Origin: Barthelona sp. PCE
Lineage: Eukaryota
DNA length: 64,000 nt
Assembly: GCA_040285745.1 (NCBI GenBank)
Contig: JAUFOR010000006.1
Coordinates: 434,001 to 498,000, forward strand
Direction: 5' to 3'
In this document: positions 60,441 to 64,000 of the stretch, in pieces
Position numbering within the stretch: the first letter of the stretch is position 1
Layout of the letters: each line of letters begins with the position of its first letter
Notes under the pieces: model-generated
The model's input: only the letters and a program-made list of their open reading frames with translations
What the model was told of the DNA's origin: nothing
Database searches by the model: none
Translations under genes and position numbers: made by a program

Positions 60441-62018
60441 ATGTCCTACCAAAACAGTTTAACGCGTCGCTTCCCTTATCAAACAAAAAAAAGTTCCTAC
60501 AAGCATGGTACTTGTGAAGTAATCGTTTTATGTCGGGACAACAGCTCAGAGCTTTTTCATGAGCTGGAAAACTATGTACAAAACGTCCAAGAATATTTAC
60601 GTGAAAATTGCATAAATGTTTACATCACAGATGTATATAAAGATGAGCCAATTGATAAGCATTCACTGAAGGCAGTGATTAAACTGTCCCCTAGTGAATT
60701 TTTAGTTGTCATTGGAGATAAAAACGTTGAAAAGAACACTGTTTCTGGTCGAATTAATTCTCGTTTAGTTCATCTTTCATCAGAAAATTGGGTAACGTAC
60801 GTTTTGGAAGAGAACAAGGATTCATTTGAGGATTTGGCGAAAGATCGTAAGTACCCCATGACTTTGGTTTGCAGAATTCTTTCTGGACTAGGGTTAAAGG
60901 GCATTAAGTCGTGTTTTAAGACTATACGTTCTTTTGAGAAGGTTATTGATGACGATGAATCAAACACTAGCGTGTTATCAAACTTGAGGGCAAGTGGTTT
61001 CTTAGTGTTACGTTCGCTTTTGGCTGCTTATAATATTTTACTTACTCATGTAACTATTGTTGAGGAAGTTGTACCAACTAAAGGTAAGCTGCTGTCACGT
61101 TCAGAATATGAAGCTGTCTGTGAGAGAGCCACAAACCCTTATGCTACTGTTAAAGAAATGATCATTACGACGGATGTTGCAGATAAATTATTTAATGAGT
61201 ATATCTTTGAGTTTGCTCTTGAATTAATTGAAAAGGGAGAGCAAGTTTTTAATTTACAAGCTTTTCAACAAAAAAGCAGTAAGAAAACTCAAAATACTCG
61301 TGTTCGTAATGAAGAAATTGAAACATGGAACACTTATACACGTCGTGTCAAGATCTTTTTGATGGACGCGAAGGATCGTTTCCGTAGCAAGGACAAATTT
61401 GATACTTTTACTGATGTTCCTTATTTTCAAAACAGGAATTCTAATTACGTTCAATGCAATTATTGTAACATGGCTTCTCGTAAAGGAAAAGAGTGTGATA
61501 TTTGTAAGTTTGTTACAAGATCAACTGCTCCGTCTTTTAGTAACATTCCCAAACCAATAATTCCTACTAAACAGGAACCTACTTTGGTTTCTGCAATTGC
61601 AAATAAGGTAAAGGCTCCAACCATTAAGCCAATGATTGTTGCCGAACAAAAGCAAGAAATTGGAACGATTCCTGTTACGCAAAAAATTACAGATCGTGAA
61701 AATGCATATCTTCAACAGATCAATTCACAACAATTACATGTTGAGAAGCTTTTAGATCTGATTGAGAAGCAAGAAAAGAAGATTGAGAAGTTGGAGGAAG
61801 AAAATCTTAAATTGCGTTTACAGTCTTCATCTCCTTTGTTCTATTCAGGGTTCAATAATTATAGGGACTTTAATGGATATCCTCCCAATCGTTCTTTTTC
61901 TGATAATACTATTAAGAGTGATAAACTTCCAGTTTTTCCTGAAGTTGATCGTACTTCAAGTTATTCAGAGATCAATAACGCCGGTTTTGGTGGTTTTGAT
62001 ATCTCATCTCTTAATTAA
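60441..62018 (+). CDS. Hypothetical protein: NCOA5-like anticodon-binding-fold domain, C4 zinc finger, coiled coil
   Basis: CEVIVL..Y...V...L..LVVIGDKNVEKNTVS; CNYC...CDIC; LEEEN..L coiled coil. Confidence 0.55.
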   Translation: MSYQNSLTRRFPYQTKKSSYKHGTCEVIVLCRDNSSELFHELENYVQNVQEYLRENCINVYITDVYKDEPIDKHSLKAVIKLSPSEFLVVIGDKNVEKNTVSGRINSRLVHLSSENWVTYVLEENKDSFEDLAKDRKYPMTLVCRILSGLGLKGIKSCFKTIRSFEKVIDDDESNTSVLSNLRASGFLVLRSLLAAYNILLTHVTIVEEVVPTKGKLLSRSEYEAVCERATNPYATVKEMIITTDVADKLFNEYIFEFALELIEKGEQVFNLQAFQQKSSKKTQNTRVRNEEIETWNTYTRRVKIFLMDAKDRFRSKDKFDTFTDVPYFQNRNSNYVQCNYCNMASRKGKECDICKFVTRSTAPSFSNIPKPIIPTKQEPTLVSAIANKVKAPTIKPMIVAEQKQEIGTIPVTQKITDRENAYLQQINSQQLHVEKLLDLIEKQEKKIEKLEEENLKLRLQSSSPLFYSGFNNYRDFNGYPPNRSFSDNTIKSDKLPVFPEVDRTSSYSEINNAGFGGFDISSLN

Positions 62019-62142
62019 AAGATGTTTTTAAGAGTTTTTGATTGAATAATAACATTTATGTTGTTTACGAAGGTTTACAAAGTGCTTTTTTTGCACAATA
62101 TTACAATTATTTTTTTTTTTTACTTCCTAATACAACAAAAAA

Positions 62143-64000
62143 TTATTCAGTTCTTACCTTAATAACATGTTTAAAGAATGGGAAAGAAGTGAGTATTTGT
62201 GCTAACTCGAATAAACTTAATAAAATCCAATTGCTGCTTAATCTATTACCCAAGAATGCAAAGGCGAAAAGGCAAACAACAATCACTAACTTAGAGAAAA
62301 GCAAGTTGATGTCATCACGAGTATACACTTTACGATACATTAAGACTATTGGAATGTAGAAAAAACAAAAGAGCCAATTACTTATCCTGTTGCTTTCAAG
62401 AATTAGTGTGGTAAGAAGATTCACAACAACTTGGGACGATAGAACAATTACCTGACTGTCAGTTAGTATTGTTTCATTTTCAATCATATGCTTATCTTCT
62501 TTTCTTTGTTTAAACTTGTTAATAAATGTAAGAACCCCCATCCACATGATGCCGTATACTCCTCTACCGATGTAACATATGTCCCAAATCTGCAGAACAG
62601 CAATGCTTACAACATAACTGAGGGCCCTCATTACTGTATTAAATCTACTGTTGCCAGTCTCATGGAATAAGAGTGGGAACAAAACAATTACCATCACACT
62701 TATAAGTTGAGAGAAAGGCTCGTTTGTGAGCATCAACGAGAATATGCATAATATATATGCGGAAATCAACACAGGGATAGGTTTCCTGACTTCATCAACA
62801 AATATAAAACGCATTGCGTTTATAGAGATGGCAATAGCAGCAAATATGACTCCGATTTTGTTGCGGCCGTCCATTGCAAACGTCATGAAGTAAGCACTGG
62901 AGAAGCTAGACAGTAATAATCCAATGAGTAACAGATCACGAGTGATGAGATGAATTCTTTCCGTCTTGACGAGAATAGCATATGTTATCACGACAACAAA
63001 CGTTACCAATAGAAGAAGGATCATGTACCAGGGCATGAAGTGGAAGACATAAGGAATATTGAAATGCATTAGACTGACCAATACGAGGAAGATGCCTACG
63101 AAATAGAGGCCTGTGGCAATTTTAGTGTACTGTGGGGTGCAGAACTCACCGCGACATGATGTGATGATCCAAGCAAGTGTAAGAGGACCGACACAAAGCG
63201 TCAAAGTTACAGGTACTTGGGTCAAAGTAGACACAACAAAAAGACTCCAAGCGGCTCCGATTGCAGCAATACGCCACGATAGGACCTTCTCGAAACCACC
63301 CTCCTCTCTGATGACAAGAATTAGGAGAACATAAAAGATCATCAATACTGAAGCACTAACAAACCCGAGATCCTCAAGGGCAAAGAGCTTTAGAGCTGCA
63401 CCAAGTGTGTATTGGTACACAGCCTGGTCGTAATACTTCTTCATTCTGATACCAAATAACCACAGTATAAGAGAGGTCAGAAATACATATGCTGGATAAT
63501 ACCCATGAAAGACTCCATGTCTGATGCGCATGAGACGTGTCTCCAATATGAACAGAGCACAGAATAAAAACGCGCCACAGACCTTGAGCACTGCATGAAT
63601 TAGGGGCATGTACTCTTCCTTTCGAACGTTAATAACGACTGTGATAGTTGCACCGACCATGAATGCGATGACCCACAGGAGAATCTCGTTGTAGTCCTCA
63701 TCGGAGGTAGTTGTATAAGCTGTTGAAGTTGAAAGAATCATGATAAAGACCATTAGGTAGAGTCCAACTATTGTTATTAATTTGGACTCCTTTCCAGCAC
63801 GTTTAGCAAACCTAGATTCGTTCAAGATGAGCGTGTAGAACAAGAAAGTGAAGATGAAAGCAACTATTGGATGATCAATAGCTGAAAATATGCAAGACAT
63901 GATGGCAGACACTGGAAGAATATGGGCACCATTTTCCAGCAGCCCAAACCCCTTGACGAGGACCAGGCATATGTAGAAAGAGGCACCGAGGGCACCCAAC
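62143..64000 (-). CDS. Polytopic membrane protein, 5'-truncated by the window edge
   Basis: At least 618 codons, almost entirely hydrophobic helices; ORF stays open at the window end. Confidence 0.75.
   Translation of the reverse strand, partial: LGALGASFYICLVLVKGFGLLENGAHILPVSAIMSCIFSAIDHPIVAFIFTFLFYTLILNESRFAKRAGKESKLITIVGLYLMVFIMILSTSTAYTTTSDEDYNEILLWVIAFMVGATITVVINVRKEEYMPLIHAVLKVCGAFLFCALFILETRLMRIRHGVFHGYYPAYVFLTSLILWLFGIRMKKYYDQAVYQYTLGAALKLFALEDLGFVSASVLMIFYVLLILVIREEGGFEKVLSWRIAAIGAAWSLFVVSTLTQVPVTLTLCVGPLTLAWIITSCRGEFCTPQYTKIATGLYFVGIFLVLVSLMHFNIPYVFHFMPWYMILLLLVTFVVVITYAILVKTERIHLITRDLLLIGLLLSSFSSAYFMTFAMDGRNKIGVIFAAIAISINAMRFIFVDEVRKPIPVLISAYILCIFSLMLTNEPFSQLISVMVIVLFPLLFHETGNSRFNTVMRALSYVVSIAVLQIWDICYIGRGVYGIMWMGVLTFINKFKQRKEDKHMIENETILTDSQVIVLSSQVVVNLLTTLILESNRISNWLFCFFYIPIVLMYRKVYTRDDINLLFSKLVIVVCLFAFAFLGNRLSSNWILLSLFELAQILTSFPFFKHVIKVRTE

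Noticed and set aside
1..64000. Alternative genetic code (stop reassignment as in hexamitids or ciliates)
   Set aside because: Conserved proteins are full length in the standard code and end at TAA, TAG or TGA

Overview
Very gene-dense, intron-poor eukaryotic (protist) nuclear DNA in the standard genetic code (mostly TAA stops, some TAG, two TGA). About 36 protein-coding genes are packed with short spacers, and some convergent pairs abut or overlap. Genes recognised by eye from motifs: amino-acid transporter, ChAPs/exomer-like TPR protein, Nup188-like nucleoporin, Mps1 kinase, Cdc16/APC6-like TPR protein, Alba-like protein, SPFH protein, Pol delta small subunit, TatD, AP-2 alpha, Cdc48/p97, LRRC56, Rxt3, TAF8-like, RanBP1, archaeal-type iPGM, a kinesin with a 63-nt intron, USP47-like DUB, TYW1, an OCA/Siw14-like phosphatase, RMND5/Gid2, ERGIC-53-like lectin, Mn-type CDF, ACBP and exportin-7-like, plus several orphans. 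I found no mobile element, CRISPR array, rRNA, tRNA or self-contained novel multi-gene system. The most interesting signals are cis-regulatory: a Giardia-like AGTAAA hexamer at or near 14 gene ends, a CCTTTT(T)C motif upstream of 11 start codons, and tiny candidate 5'-UTR introns. These features suggest a flagellated metamonad-like organism (inference only). No database searches were run.
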